From an uncultured Chromatiales bacterium (lineage in GTDB: Bacteria > Pseudomonadota > Gammaproteobacteria > DATFLL01), in the NCBI GenBank assembly GCA_964561765.1, contig CAZLQI010000011.1, positions 5,955 to 69,954 of the forward strand: DNA of 64,000 nt. Reading direction: 5' to 3'. Below are positions 41,941 through 52,086 of this stretch, one piece after another. A program made the translations under genes and the position numbers. Every line of letters starts with the position of its first letter. Position 1 is the stretch's first letter. The notes under the pieces were generated by a model. It was not told the DNA's origin. It was given only the letters and a program-made list of their open reading frames with translations, and did no database searches.

Positions 41941-42261
41941 TCAGCGATCCCCGATGGGCAGAGCCACGGACACTTCACTGATAAAGATCCAGCCCGCCTC
42001 AGGTTGGCCCGTACGCCCATGCGCCTGAATAATACCCACAGCCTGTGCCGTAGTGTTTTCATCATTACAGAACAACTCGAGTTTCACTTCGGTAATCACC
42101 TCACTGCCAAACTCAATGGAGTAATCCTGCTCTTTACTGCTTAGGGCATTCAGAATGCCCTTGACGTCAATCACTGACAGATTGCGGTATCCCGCGGCTC
42201 GCAAGGCGCGTACCACATCCGCTATCCGGTTACGATGAACAAAGGCCTTGATCTCTTTCAT
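41941..42261 (-). CDS. PII-like protein associated with metal efflux
   Basis: MKEIKAF...LSVIDVKG...KLEL...GRTGQPEAGWIFISEV; ATGA overlap with RND pump stop. Confidence 0.88.
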   Translation of the reverse strand: MKEIKAFVHRNRIADVVRALRAAGYRNLSVIDVKGILNALSSKEQDYSIEFGSEVITEVKLELFCNDENTTAQAVGIIQAHGRTGQPEAGWIFISEVSVALPIGDR

Positions 42262-45200
42262 TGTTTTTTCTCCTTTCGAGTCTCTATCCACTCATAAAGC
42301 ACGGGCAGTAACACCAGCGTCAGCAGTGTGGAGGTAATCAAGCCACCCACTACCACCGTAGCGAGCGGGCGTTGGGTCTCTGCGCCCACGCCGGATGACA
42401 ACAACATCGGCATCAGACCCAGGATGGCCACACTTGCGGTCATCATCACTGGTCGTAATCGGAGTTCCGCCCCCTTGCGCACCGCTTCACCCACCGCCAT
42501 GCCCTTCTCACGCAGTTCATTGATGAAACTCACCAGCACAATGCCGTTGAGCATAGCCACACCGAACACTGCAATAAAGCCAATGGCCGAAGGCACCGAG
42601 AGGTATTGACCACTGATCCACAGAGAAATCAATCCACCAATCGTGGCAAAGGGGACATTGGCAATAATAAGTGTGGCGTATTTCACAGAATTGAACGCGG
42701 TATAGAGCAACACAAAGATGAAGAAGATGGTCAGTGGCACAATAACAGCGAGTCGTGCCAAAGCACGTTGCTGATTCTCGAATGCACCACCCCACTCTAT
42801 CCAGTAACCGGGCGGTAGTTTTATCTGCTTTGTAATGGCTGCGTTAGCGGCCTTCACGAAACCACCCACATCACGTCCCTGCACGTCCATCTGGATCACC
42901 GCATAGCGCTGCAACCGCTCGCGCCGCACAAAGGAATAGCCCTCTGCTGTACTGACATCAGCGACCTGCTCCAGTGACACGATGGCACCACTGGCCGTAC
43001 GCAGAGGTATATTGCGAATCGCCTGCACTGAATTTCGGGAGGCATTATTCAGGCGCGCCGTAATATCAAAACGTTTTACGCCATCTATCAGGGTCGAGAC
43101 CGGCTGATTACCGATGCCCGTTCTCACCACAGTGAGTACGGTATCGGCATTGATCCCGTAGCGGGCCAGCGCATCACGGTCCACCTTGATTCGAATCTGC
43201 GGTTTACCCTTGTTCGCCTCCAGCGACAGATCAGCCACACCCTTCACGCCACTCAGTGCATTCTTGATATCGGCGCTCAAACGATCGAGTTCACCAAGAT
43301 CAGGGCCGTAGAGTTTGGCCGCCAGGGTAGCGCGCACGCCGGATATCAGCTCCTCCACCCGGCTCTGAATGGGTTGGGTGTAGGCGATGACTGCCGTGGG
43401 TACGGCCCGCTCCAACTCCTCACGCATGGCGTTTGCCAGTTCCGTGACTGAACGCGTACGTTGATCCTTTGGCTTGAGAGCGGTATAGATTTCCATATAA
43501 TTTGCATCCGCCGTCTCGCCCTTTTCAGCGCGACCGATCATGGCAACCGTGGTTTCTACCTCGGGAAACTCGCCCAACACCTTCTCGATGCGTTTGGACA
43601 CTTTGATGGATTGCTCCAGCGAGGTGGAGGGGATCGAGGTGACACGCCACATGATCGATCCCTCCTGGAGTTGTGGCATAAACTCCTTTCCAAGAACAGG
43701 AAACAGCGCCAAACTGACCGCCAGGACTAACACCGCGCCGGTAACAACCTTCTTCTTATGGCGCATTGCCCAGGCCAGCAGGGGCAAATACCCCCGCTTG
43801 ATCCAGCGCACCAACACAGTGTCTCGTGCTTGCTTGGGTTTCAGGATGAGGGCGGCCAGTACGGGTATCAGCGTCAAGGTAAGCAACAACGAGCCCGCCA
43901 TGGCGAAACTGATATTGAAAGCCATAGGCTTGAACAACTTGCCCTCAAGACCTTGTAGACTGAACAAGGGCAGGAACACCACGATGATGATAAGGATGGC
44001 AAAGGCGACAGGATTGGCCACCTCGCGTGCGGCGGTCAACACCGCTGCGGTCCGGTTAACCGTCTCACCTCTCTCACGCCACTCCGACATGATACGGAAT
44101 GCGTTCTCGGTCATCACCACGGCCCCGTCAACCATCATACCGATACCGATGGCAAGACCTGCCAGCGACATCAGATTGGCAGACAATCCCACCACTCCCA
44201 TAAAGATAAAGGCGATAAGCATGGCCAATGGCAATGCAGCGATCACTACGATGGCTGAACGCAACTCACCTAGAAATAAAAACAGGACAATAGCGACCAG
44301 GATCGAGCCCTCAATCAAGGCCCGCTCGGCCGTACCGACTGCTTTTTTAACCAGCTCTGTGCGTTCATATACCGACTTTATCTTCACACCTGCCGGTAGT
44401 GCGGACTGGGCGATGACCACCTTTTTCTTGACGGCATTGACCACGTCAGCAGCATTACTGCCTATCCGGGCAAGCGCCATGCCCATGACGACCTCCTTGC
44501 CATCGCGGGTGACGGCACCGAAGCGCAGTGCAGGTGCCTGTTCTATTCTGGCCACATCGCGCAGGTAGACGGGCGTGCCATTGACCACCTTGACCATGAT
44601 ATTGCCGATATCGTGTTCGCCAGTCACCAGACCCAGACCACGTACCAGATACTGCTCGGCACCCAGGTTGACGTACTGACCACCCACCTGGCGGTTATTG
44701 GCCTGGATAGCGCCCATGACTTCCCTGTAGGTGAGGCCGTACTTAATCAGGCGTAGCGGGTCGATAACCGCCTGATACTGGCGCTCTTGCCCACCCCAGG
44801 ACATCACATCATCGACACCGGGGGCAGTGCGCAAAATCAGCCTGACGGTCCAGTCCTGGATCGTGCGCAGGTCCATGTCCGTCAGCCCCGCATTGAGCTT
44901 ATCGTCGGCGCGTTCCACGGTGTACCAGAACACCTGTCCGAGCCCGGAGGTATTCGGTCCCATCACCGGCTTACCGTAACCTGCCGGGATTCGATCGCCC
45001 ACTTCTTGCAGCCGTTCCATAACCAAGCGCCGCGCGAAGTAAATGTCCATGCTGTCCTTGAAGTAGACCGACACGTAGGACAGGCCGAACAGGCTCACTG
45101 AGCGTATTTCTGTCACCCCCGGCAAACCGGCCATGCCGGATTCAACGGGAAAGGTCAACAACTGCTCCACGTCTTCCGCGGCAAGTCCCGATGACTCGGT

Positions 45201-45350
45201 ATAGATGTTGACCTGTACCGGTGTCACATCCGGAAAGGCATCAATCGGGATAGTGCTGACCGCGCGCAGACCCAGAAACCCCACCACGAGAAAAGCAATG
45301 ATAACTAGAAATTTGTAGTGCAATGACACTTCAACCAGTTTATTTAACAT
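42258..45350 (-). CDS. CusA/CzcA-family heavy-metal RND pump
   Basis: PIDAFPDVT, GMMVDGAVVMTEN, EGKLFKPMA, GVAMLNG, RLRPVMMTA, QRPLATVVVGG. Confidence 0.95.
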   Translation of the reverse strand: MLNKLVEVSLHYKFLVIIAFLVVGFLGLRAVSTIPIDAFPDVTPVQVNIYTESSGLAAEDVEQLLTFPVESGMAGLPGVTEIRSVSLFGLSYVSVYFKDSMDIYFARRLVMERLQEVGDRIPAGYGKPVMGPNTSGLGQVFWYTVERADDKLNAGLTDMDLRTIQDWTVRLILRTAPGVDDVMSWGGQERQYQAVIDPLRLIKYGLTYREVMGAIQANNRQVGGQYVNLGAEQYLVRGLGLVTGEHDIGNIMVKVVNGTPVYLRDVARIEQAPALRFGAVTRDGKEVVMGMALARIGSNAADVVNAVKKKVVIAQSALPAGVKIKSVYERTELVKKAVGTAERALIEGSILVAIVLFLFLGELRSAIVVIAALPLAMLIAFIFMGVVGLSANLMSLAGLAIGIGMMVDGAVVMTENAFRIMSEWRERGETVNRTAAVLTAAREVANPVAFAILIIIVVFLPLFSLQGLEGKLFKPMAFNISFAMAGSLLLTLTLIPVLAALILKPKQARDTVLVRWIKRGYLPLLAWAMRHKKKVVTGAVLVLAVSLALFPVLGKEFMPQLQEGSIMWRVTSIPSTSLEQSIKVSKRIEKVLGEFPEVETTVAMIGRAEKGETADANYMEIYTALKPKDQRTRSVTELANAMREELERAVPTAVIAYTQPIQSRVEELISGVRATLAAKLYGPDLGELDRLSADIKNALSGVKGVADLSLEANKGKPQIRIKVDRDALARYGINADTVLTVVRTGIGNQPVSTLIDGVKRFDITARLNNASRNSVQAIRNIPLRTASGAIVSLEQVADVSTAEGYSFVRRERLQRYAVIQMDVQGRDVGGFVKAANAAITKQIKLPPGYWIEWGGAFENQQRALARLAVIVPLTIFFIFVLLYTAFNSVKYATLIIANVPFATIGGLISLWISGQYLSVPSAIGFIAVFGVAMLNGIVLVSFINELREKGMAVGEAVRKGAELRLRPVMMTASVAILGLMPMLLSSGVGAETQRPLATVVVGGLITSTLLTLVLLPVLYEWIETRKEKKQ

Positions 45351-45369
45351 GCCTGCATCCCCTGTATAT

Positions 45370-46572
45370 TCAGTGTCCTTCGCCGATCTGCGATTTCAGC
45401 AGCAGCGATTTCAACAAAAAGACACCCTTGACCACGACCTTGGAGCCTGCGGCAAGACCTGTTTTTATCTCGGTCCAACCGCTGAGTGTGCGCCCCGCCT
45501 CTATGGGTCTGGGTTGCAGTTCATCGCCCTTGACGATGAAGACGGTCTTGTTACCCTGGAGAAGAATGACGGCCTGTTCGGGTACGGCAATCACGGGCGC
45601 AGTCTCGCCCGTTTTCAGGGCGACATCGACATACTGACCTGGATGTAACTGGCCGGCCCTGTCCAGCTCCACCCGCACTGCCAAGGTACGTGATGCCGGA
45701 TCGAGTATGTGGTGCAATTGCACGACCTTACCCTGCTCGCGCACTCCACTGCGGGTAGTAACCGTCACGGCGGTACCTAGTTTTATATTCGTTGCCTTCT
45801 TGGGACTAAGCTGTACTTCAACCCATAGGCGTGATTCATCCGTAATCTCAAACAGGACACGACCAGGTTTTATCACTTCACCCACCAAAAACTTGTCGTG
45901 CACAATCGTGCCGTCCTGAGCGCTGTACAAATCAAATCTACCAGTCGCCTTACCCGCATCGCGCCCACTGACAAGCGCGTCTATTTGCCTTGTCGTCATA
46001 CCGTAGGCACGCACGGTGGCATAGGCGCGCTGTCGCGCGACTTGTGCCGCCACATAGCGTTTTTCAGAAACTACGCCACGCCCCAGTCTTTTAACCCGAC
46101 TCCATTCGCGATCCGTCTCGATCAAGGCACCTTGCGCCTGCGCCATCTCCACGCTCGACAGCGTCACCAGTTTTGTACCTGCCTTCACGACCTCACCCAG
46201 TTTGGCGTGGCGCGCCACCACCTGTGCGACAACGCGCGGGGTGACTTGAGACGTGCGATAGGCATTCATCTTCACCTCGCCCGGCGCAATCACTGTCTCC
46301 TGCAAGGCACGTTGCTCGACACGTGCCGTCACGATACCTTCCGCATGGCGCTGTTGTTGCGACATTTGCATCACGTTGGCGCGATCGTCCACATGCATTT
46401 TGCTCTCATAGGCCATCGCCGGCGTTAGCGCCACGACACCAAACAAGGCCAATACGGCATACACACTCGGCCCTTTAATCCTGCTGGGTGTTGAATTCGA
46501 TAATTGCTGTTTCATACACGTTATCCCCGAAGTAATCGTTTCAGCATAAAAGCTGAGCATTACGAAATTCAT
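45370..46572 (-). CDS. RND periplasmic adaptor (CzcB-like); start may be 46515
   Basis: Barrel-sandwich/MFP motifs (LWVEV, LDPASRT, VIAVPEQAV); lies between TolC and RND genes. Confidence 0.9.
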   Translation of the reverse strand: MNFVMLSFYAETITSGITCMKQQLSNSTPSRIKGPSVYAVLALFGVVALTPAMAYESKMHVDDRANVMQMSQQQRHAEGIVTARVEQRALQETVIAPGEVKMNAYRTSQVTPRVVAQVVARHAKLGEVVKAGTKLVTLSSVEMAQAQGALIETDREWSRVKRLGRGVVSEKRYVAAQVARQRAYATVRAYGMTTRQIDALVSGRDAGKATGRFDLYSAQDGTIVHDKFLVGEVIKPGRVLFEITDESRLWVEVQLSPKKATNIKLGTAVTVTTRSGVREQGKVVQLHHILDPASRTLAVRVELDRAGQLHPGQYVDVALKTGETAPVIAVPEQAVILLQGNKTVFIVKGDELQPRPIEAGRTLSGWTEIKTGLAAGSKVVVKGVFLLKSLLLKSQIGEGH

Positions 46573-46575
46573 TAT

Positions 46576-47871
46576 TCAGTTGCCGGCCCGTTGCTGGACA
46601 CGCGTCCCCGCACCCAGGCCCAACCAGGATTCGATGCGCGCCGTGGCCCGCAACCAGTCAAACCATGCCCGCCAGAGATCACCGCGCAGATGCAAGGCCT
46701 CATCGCGCGTATCCAGCGCCTGATTCAGTTGCACCAGGTAATCGGTTGTACTCATCTCACCCGCACGCCACACGCGCTCAAGCAGACCCAAATGACTGTC
46801 CAGACTTCCCTCGCCGGTTTGACCCCAGGTCTTCCATGCGGACTGCGTCAGCGTCAATCGCTGCCGCGCAGAAACCAGCCGACTGTGCGACTGCCGGTAG
46901 GCATCCTGTGCCTCACGCTGTACCTTTATCAGTTCTGCAGCGGCCACTTTTGCTTCGGCGCTATAGGAATTGCGCACATACAGGGGAACTGATATCGACA
47001 ATCCGATCAGCGCCTTGCTTCCCTCGCGACCACCGCGAAGGCTCAATGTCGGATCGGCCTGTCGCGCGCGCTGGCGCAGACTCAACGTACTGCGAGCCGC
47101 TGCAACGCGTGCCTGCAAGACCTGCATCCCGGGAAGGGCCTGCAACACCTGTGCGGTCGGTACTGCGGCGATGTTCGTCTCATCGGCGAACGCTACGGGT
47201 AAGTTCGGCCAGACTGTGCGTACCTCACCGACCAGGGCGTTCAGTCTCTGCCCGCTATCGGCCAGCGCCGCAGCGATACGGGCGCGCGCCATTTGTGCGC
47301 GGACCAGGGCCAGCCTGGCCAGATCTAGGGCACTCTGTTCCAGATCGCCCGCTTGGCGCCGTTTCACTGTCAGATTCTCGAAACGGGTCATGAGCATGGC
47401 GCGGCGCTCGGCAAGCCGGCTTCGTGCCTGCGCGGTATGGAACTGTCCCAGTGCGGAGAGAGTCTCCCAGGCGAGTTCCTCTCGCGTCAGCCGCAAACGT
47501 GCCTTTGCAACACGTTCATCCGCCTCCGCAATACGCACCAGGGCACCACGCTTGTCGCCCCAATCAAGGGTTTGCGCCACACCCAGAGTACGGCGTTTGA
47601 TATCGCCGTTTTCGACATCGAGTTCCAGAGAGGGGTTATACAGAGATTGTCCGGCAGCGCTACGACGCGCACTCGCCGCCGCAAGTGCCGCGCGGGCCGC
47701 TTCCACACGAGGATAGTCGGCCAGCACATTTTTCACCAGGCGGCTCAGTGCCGGTTCAGGCTTAGCGGTATTGTTATTTGTTGCGCCAGTAGTGGCGCTC
47801 AGCCCGGTAACGGGCAGCAGTATAAACAAGCCACCCAACAGGGCAGCCCGAGAAAATCGGATCGACAACAT
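46576..47871 (-). CDS. TolC/CzcC-family outer membrane efflux protein
   Basis: Signal peptide, NPSL, ISVPL, RAGE..TTDYL. Confidence 0.9.
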   Translation of the reverse strand: MLSIRFSRAALLGGLFILLPVTGLSATTGATNNNTAKPEPALSRLVKNVLADYPRVEAARAALAAASARRSAAGQSLYNPSLELDVENGDIKRRTLGVAQTLDWGDKRGALVRIAEADERVAKARLRLTREELAWETLSALGQFHTAQARSRLAERRAMLMTRFENLTVKRRQAGDLEQSALDLARLALVRAQMARARIAAALADSGQRLNALVGEVRTVWPNLPVAFADETNIAAVPTAQVLQALPGMQVLQARVAAARSTLSLRQRARQADPTLSLRGGREGSKALIGLSISVPLYVRNSYSAEAKVAAAELIKVQREAQDAYRQSHSRLVSARQRLTLTQSAWKTWGQTGEGSLDSHLGLLERVWRAGEMSTTDYLVQLNQALDTRDEALHLRGDLWRAWFDWLRATARIESWLGLGAGTRVQQRAGN

Positions 47872-47957
47872 GATCTGAATCCTTTGCGTGGAAAAAAATA
47901 GGCAACCGCTGGCCCACATCGACAGCGCGGCCGATGTGGTATCAAGTTGAGCGGGAT

Positions 47958-48338
47958 TCAGACCCTAGGAGGGGGAAAGGGGATATCTTGTGCCCGGCTG
48001 TGGGGCGCCGCGCGGGCATTTAACCGAACAGATGGCCGTGGGTCATTTTGGAGCATCGCAACCGCGAAGGGGAGACCGACATAATGCGCAGAACCATGAC
48101 AGCAGTGATCACAGACGGGGGGAGAAAACGGTGATGAGGGACCACCCTGATCCGGCGTAGCCTGAAAGTCAGCGGCAATATCATCGGCAAACACCGCCAC
48201 ATGCAGCGGTGGTGTAGAGGTCGATATTTCATGCATATCGGCCGCCCACGCCACACCTCCGTAGGAGACGGTGGCGATCAGCAGGTAAACAAGCCCACGG
48301 GCTAATATCCATGTACTATGTGTGGAATAGTGGCGCAT
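47958..48338 (-). CDS. Small exported metal-binding protein (CzcI/DUF2946-like)
   Basis: Hydrophobic N-terminus, CDHCCHG, C-terminal PPPR; upstream of efflux genes. Confidence 0.65.
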   Translation of the reverse strand: MRHYSTHSTWILARGLVYLLIATVSYGGVAWAADMHEISTSTPPLHVAVFADDIAADFQATPDQGGPSSPFSPPVCDHCCHGSAHYVGLPFAVAMLQNDPRPSVRLNARAAPHSRAQDIPFPPPRV

Positions 48339-48488
48339 GACAACGAAAACTTAACATATGCTCCGACATATGGCAACACCCCCAGGCACACTCTCAGGCA
48401 AACGGGGCTACCGACAGGCATGGCAGATCAACAATGTGCTTTACGTGATAGTGATCAACATAGCGTTATTACACCCATCGGAGCTGTC

Positions 48489-48923
48489 TTACTCGCGCCC
48501 ATTGGGGTGACACGGGCAACCGTCTCCCTGCGCGGCCTTCTCCAGATTGCGCATGATCGCGCACTCACCGCTGTTGTTCCTTGCACGGCAGGTCGCACGC
48601 AGGGTATGCAGCTGTTCCCCCAACGCCTGCAGGGTTTCGATCTGCGTGTGTATACGCGCAATCTGCGTATCGACGAGTTCATTCACCTCGTCACACGTCA
48701 GACCATGTTCGCCCTGCAACCCGCGTAAACGACGTATGTCTTCCAACCCGATGCCCAGTGACCGGCAGTGGCGGATGAAATTGAGTTCCACCAGGTGGGA
48801 ATCCACATAGCAGCGATAACCGTTGGCTTCCCGCTCCGGCGGATCCAGTAGGCCCTTCTTCTCGTAAAACCGCACTGTTTCGATGTTGCAGCCGCTACGC
48901 CGCGCCAGTGTTCCAATTCTCAT
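48489..48923 (-). CDS. cadR: MerR-family Cd/Pb/Zn-responsive regulator
   Basis: MRIGTLA..SGC..ETVRFYE, FIRHCRSLG, three conserved Cys, C-terminal CPCH. Confidence 0.88.
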   Translation of the reverse strand: MRIGTLARRSGCNIETVRFYEKKGLLDPPEREANGYRCYVDSHLVELNFIRHCRSLGIGLEDIRRLRGLQGEHGLTCDEVNELVDTQIARIHTQIETLQALGEQLHTLRATCRARNNSGECAIMRNLEKAAQGDGCPCHPNGRE

Positions 48924-48945
48924 CGCTTCATCTCTCCGACGGGAC

Positions 48946-48976
48946 TTGACCCTGTAGTAGATACAGACTGTTTACT
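48946..48976 (+). promoter_or_regulatory. MerR-type promoter/operator for cadA
   Basis: TTGACC-19 bp-TTTACT with dyad CTGTA-gtaga-TACAG in the spacer. Confidence 0.75.
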
Positions 48977-49006
48977 AGGGTCATGGTTCCCGGAGACTCC
49001 TCGGTT

Positions 49007-51337
49007 ATGACGCACACGCATCACGCAGAACAGGCCGACGCCTGTTGCTCATCCGCCACAATGGCCTCTTGTGACGCTCCCCCGACCAGCTCGCTCCCCC
49101 CGCTGCCGGAGGGCACACAACAGGTCCGCTACCGTATCGAGCACATGGATTGCCCAACCGAGGAGCGCCTGATCCGCAACAAACTGGAACCGCTGCCCGG
49201 TATTGTCCGGCTCGACTTCAACTTACTTGACCGTGAACTGACAGTGTATCACCAGCTGGATGATCCACAGCCTGTTGCCACCGCCCTGACGGCACTGGAC
49301 ATGGCGCCTGTGCTGCTCGACACAAATACGCCCGCAGTGGTGACCCGCCCGATCCTGAGCGCCCGGCAAATCATCCTGCTGAGTATCGCCGGATTGACCG
49401 CAGTGGGCGCCGAGCTCATCGCCTGGGTCACGGGACAGGGACTGTCATGGGGCGTCGCAGCCCTGGCCTTGATATCAATTCTGAGCGCTGGCGTGCCAAC
49501 CCTGAAAAAGGGCTGGATTGCACTGAAGAATCTGACACTGAATATCTATTTCCTGATGTCCGTGGCCGTCGCCGGCGCGGCCCTGATCGGTAAATGGCCA
49601 GAAGCGGCTATGGTCATCTTCCTGTTTGCACTGTCAGAGACCATCGAAGCACTCTCTCTGGAGCGCGCACGCAACGCCATCACGTCATTGACCGCGCTGG
49701 CCCCGGAAACGGCCTCCGTCAGCATCGACAACGACTGGCAGACACGGAGTGTGGCCGATGTGGCGATCGGTGCGCTGATCCGCGTGCGCACCGGTGAACG
49801 GGTCCCCCTGGACGCACGTGTGCAAACCGGTCATGCCGCGCTTGATCAGGCACCCATTACCGGAGAAAGCCTGCCGGTCGACAAACAGCCAGGCGATGCC
49901 CTGTACGCGGGCAGCATCGTCACCGATGGTGTACTGAGCGCACGGGTCACCGCAGCTGCGAGCGCCAGCACACTTGCGCGAATTGCCAGGGCCATCCAGG
50001 AAGCGCAATCGCAGCGTGCGCCCACACAACGCTTCGTCGATCAGTTTGCCCGTTACTACACGCCTGCCGTCGTTGCTCTCGCCACCGCAGTGGCCCTACT
50101 CGGCCCGCTACTGCTGGGTGGGAGCTGGAGCAGCTGGTTTTACGAGGCCCTGGTCATGCTGGTGATTGCCTGCCCCTGTGCCCTGGTCGTCTCGACCCCG
50201 GTCACCGTAGTCAGTGGACTGACTGCCGCGGCCCGCCACGGTATCCTGATCAAGGGTGGAACCTACCTTGAAGGCGGTCGTCACCTGAAGGCCGTCGCCC
50301 TGGACAAAACGGGCACCCTGACCCAGGGGCAACCGGTCCTGACTGATGCATCATCTCTGGGTGACATGCCTATCGAGCATGCCCTGTTGATCGCTGCGAG
50401 TCTCGATGAACACAGCACTCACCCCATCGCCCAAGCGCTGGTCAGTGGCTGGCGGTTGCGCCAGCCAGACACGGTGTTACTGGCGATTGATGATTTTGGT
50501 GTGCTCAACGGCCGTGGCGTAAAGGGTCATAGTGAGGGACAGCAGTGGTACCTGGGCAATCACCGTCTGGTTGAAGAACGGGGAATGTGCTCGCCCGAAC
50601 TTGAGGCGCATTTGGCCAAACTGGAGGAGGCCGGAAAAACCGCCATTGTACTGTGCTCAACCCAGCAAGGACCCTGTGCCCTGTTCGCCCTGGCGGATAC
50701 TGTGCGACCCGAAAGTTCGCACGCAGTCGAGGCTCTCAAGGCACTGCATGTGGTACCGGTCATGCTCACCGGTGACAATCCGGCCACTGCGCGCTCGATC
50801 GCCGATCAGCTCGATATCGACGACGCCCGCGGCAACCTCCTGCCGGAAGACAAACAGGCCGCCATCGCCACACTCAAGTCACACTATGGCGCGGTAGGCA
50901 TGGTGGGTGATGGTGTCAATGACGCCCCCGCCCTGGCTCGGGCCGACATCGGCTTTGCCATGGGCGCAGCTGGCACCGCCACGGCATTAGAAACTGCCGA
51001 TGTCGCCATTATGGACGACGATCCACGCAAGATAGCCGATTTTATCGCGCTAAGCCGACGTACCACCCGTGTTTTGAAGCAAAATATTGCCTTGGCATTA
51101 GGAATAAAAATTATTTTTCTGGCCCTGGCCCTAAGTGGCAATGCCACACTCTGGATGGCCGTGTTCGCCGATACCGGTGCCAGCCTGCTGGTCGTCTTCA
51201 ATGGCCTACGCCTGCTGCGCAAGACCATACCCAGGCAGAAGCTATCGCCGCTCGACGGCAGCGTCGGGGAGACAATGCGGGCCCAGGCGACAGCGGTCAG
51301 TGGCCACCGGTGCGCACCAGCGAAGCCAGAGGGCTGA
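49007..51337 (+). CDS. cadA: P1B-type heavy-metal ATPase (CadA/ZntA)
   Basis: MDCPTEE HMA domain, TGES, CPC, DKTGTLT, HP, GDGVNDAP, K/D TM ligands (ALGIK, FADTG). Confidence 0.92.
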   Translation: MTHTHHAEQADACCSSATMASCDAPPTSSLPPLPEGTQQVRYRIEHMDCPTEERLIRNKLEPLPGIVRLDFNLLDRELTVYHQLDDPQPVATALTALDMAPVLLDTNTPAVVTRPILSARQIILLSIAGLTAVGAELIAWVTGQGLSWGVAALALISILSAGVPTLKKGWIALKNLTLNIYFLMSVAVAGAALIGKWPEAAMVIFLFALSETIEALSLERARNAITSLTALAPETASVSIDNDWQTRSVADVAIGALIRVRTGERVPLDARVQTGHAALDQAPITGESLPVDKQPGDALYAGSIVTDGVLSARVTAAASASTLARIARAIQEAQSQRAPTQRFVDQFARYYTPAVVALATAVALLGPLLLGGSWSSWFYEALVMLVIACPCALVVSTPVTVVSGLTAAARHGILIKGGTYLEGGRHLKAVALDKTGTLTQGQPVLTDASSLGDMPIEHALLIAASLDEHSTHPIAQALVSGWRLRQPDTVLLAIDDFGVLNGRGVKGHSEGQQWYLGNHRLVEERGMCSPELEAHLAKLEEAGKTAIVLCSTQQGPCALFALADTVRPESSHAVEALKALHVVPVMLTGDNPATARSIADQLDIDDARGNLLPEDKQAAIATLKSHYGAVGMVGDGVNDAPALARADIGFAMGAAGTATALETADVAIMDDDPRKIADFIALSRRTTRVLKQNIALALGIKIIFLALALSGNATLWMAVFADTGASLLVVFNGLRLLRKTIPRQKLSPLDGSVGETMRAQATAVSGHRCAPAKPEG

Positions 51338-51606
51338 AGGCCAAAGGCGGTTAGACATGGCCGAAATATTTTACTGATTGGGCATACCAACACGCTGTCC
51401 AAGCAGATATAATAGACTTTCGCATGTGGTGTAGAGGTGTGTAGGCATACGCCCCTCTCCCACCGGGTATGAGAAGACCGGATCGGAGAAATACTGTACG
51501 CCAGCAGACCGGCGATGACCCGTGACAATTCGATTTCCACCCACCCTGCTATGGTGGCAGATGGGTGGTGTATGCGCTCAATACTGTTTATCGAGGAGAT
51601 ATCGTT

Positions 51607-51984
51607 ATGAAGTCTAAGCTCGTTGCAACCTCCGCTGCGCTTATCCTGGGCCTGTCTGGTCTGGGTCTGTCGTCCACGGCGCTGGCCGGTAATGCCAAAC
51701 AGCTGCTGACCCAACAGGGTTGCTTTGCCTGCCATGCCGTCGGTCATAAGGTGGTCGGACCCGCCTTTTCCTGGGTTGCCTACCGCTATCATGGTAACAA
51801 GGCGGACAAGAAGACCGTAGAAATGCTGGCCGAACAGGTCATCAAGGGCGGTGCCGGCAAATGGAACAAGTGGACCGGTGGTATCCCGATGTCTCCGCAT
51901 CCGACCATGAGCATGGCGCAGGCCGAAGTGGCTGTGCACTGGGTGCTTGCGCGCAAGCCGGTCAAGGCCCCCCCTGCACCGTAA
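51607..51984 (+). CDS. Monoheme cytochrome c551/c552-type
   Basis: Signal peptide, CFACH, KVVGPAF, GIPMSP. Confidence 0.92.
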   Translation: MKSKLVATSAALILGLSGLGLSSTALAGNAKQLLTQQGCFACHAVGHKVVGPAFSWVAYRYHGNKADKKTVEMLAEQVIKGGAGKWNKWTGGIPMSPHPTMSMAQAEVAVHWVLARKPVKAPPAP

Positions 51985-52009
51985 ACGCCTGATCACGCAT
52001 GCAATCATG

Positions 52010-52042
52010 CCGCCGACGGTCCCTCCGTTCGGCGGTTTTTTT
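52010..52042 (+). terminator. Rho-independent terminator
   Basis: CCGCCGACGG...CCGTTCGGCGG followed by TTTTTTT. Confidence 0.8.
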
Positions 52043-52086
52043 ATGTCCTGAACTCACCGCCTCGCCTGACACACACGACGTGCCGC

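Noticed and set aside
43540-44568. 342-aa plus-strand ORF (likewise 34354-35298, 11931-13010, 29430-30521, 60572-61513)
   Set aside because: Antisense shadows of well-supported genes
50884-52008. 374-aa minus-strand ORF
   Set aside because: Antisense to cadA and the cytochrome c gene; no recognisable motif; GC-rich shadow ORF
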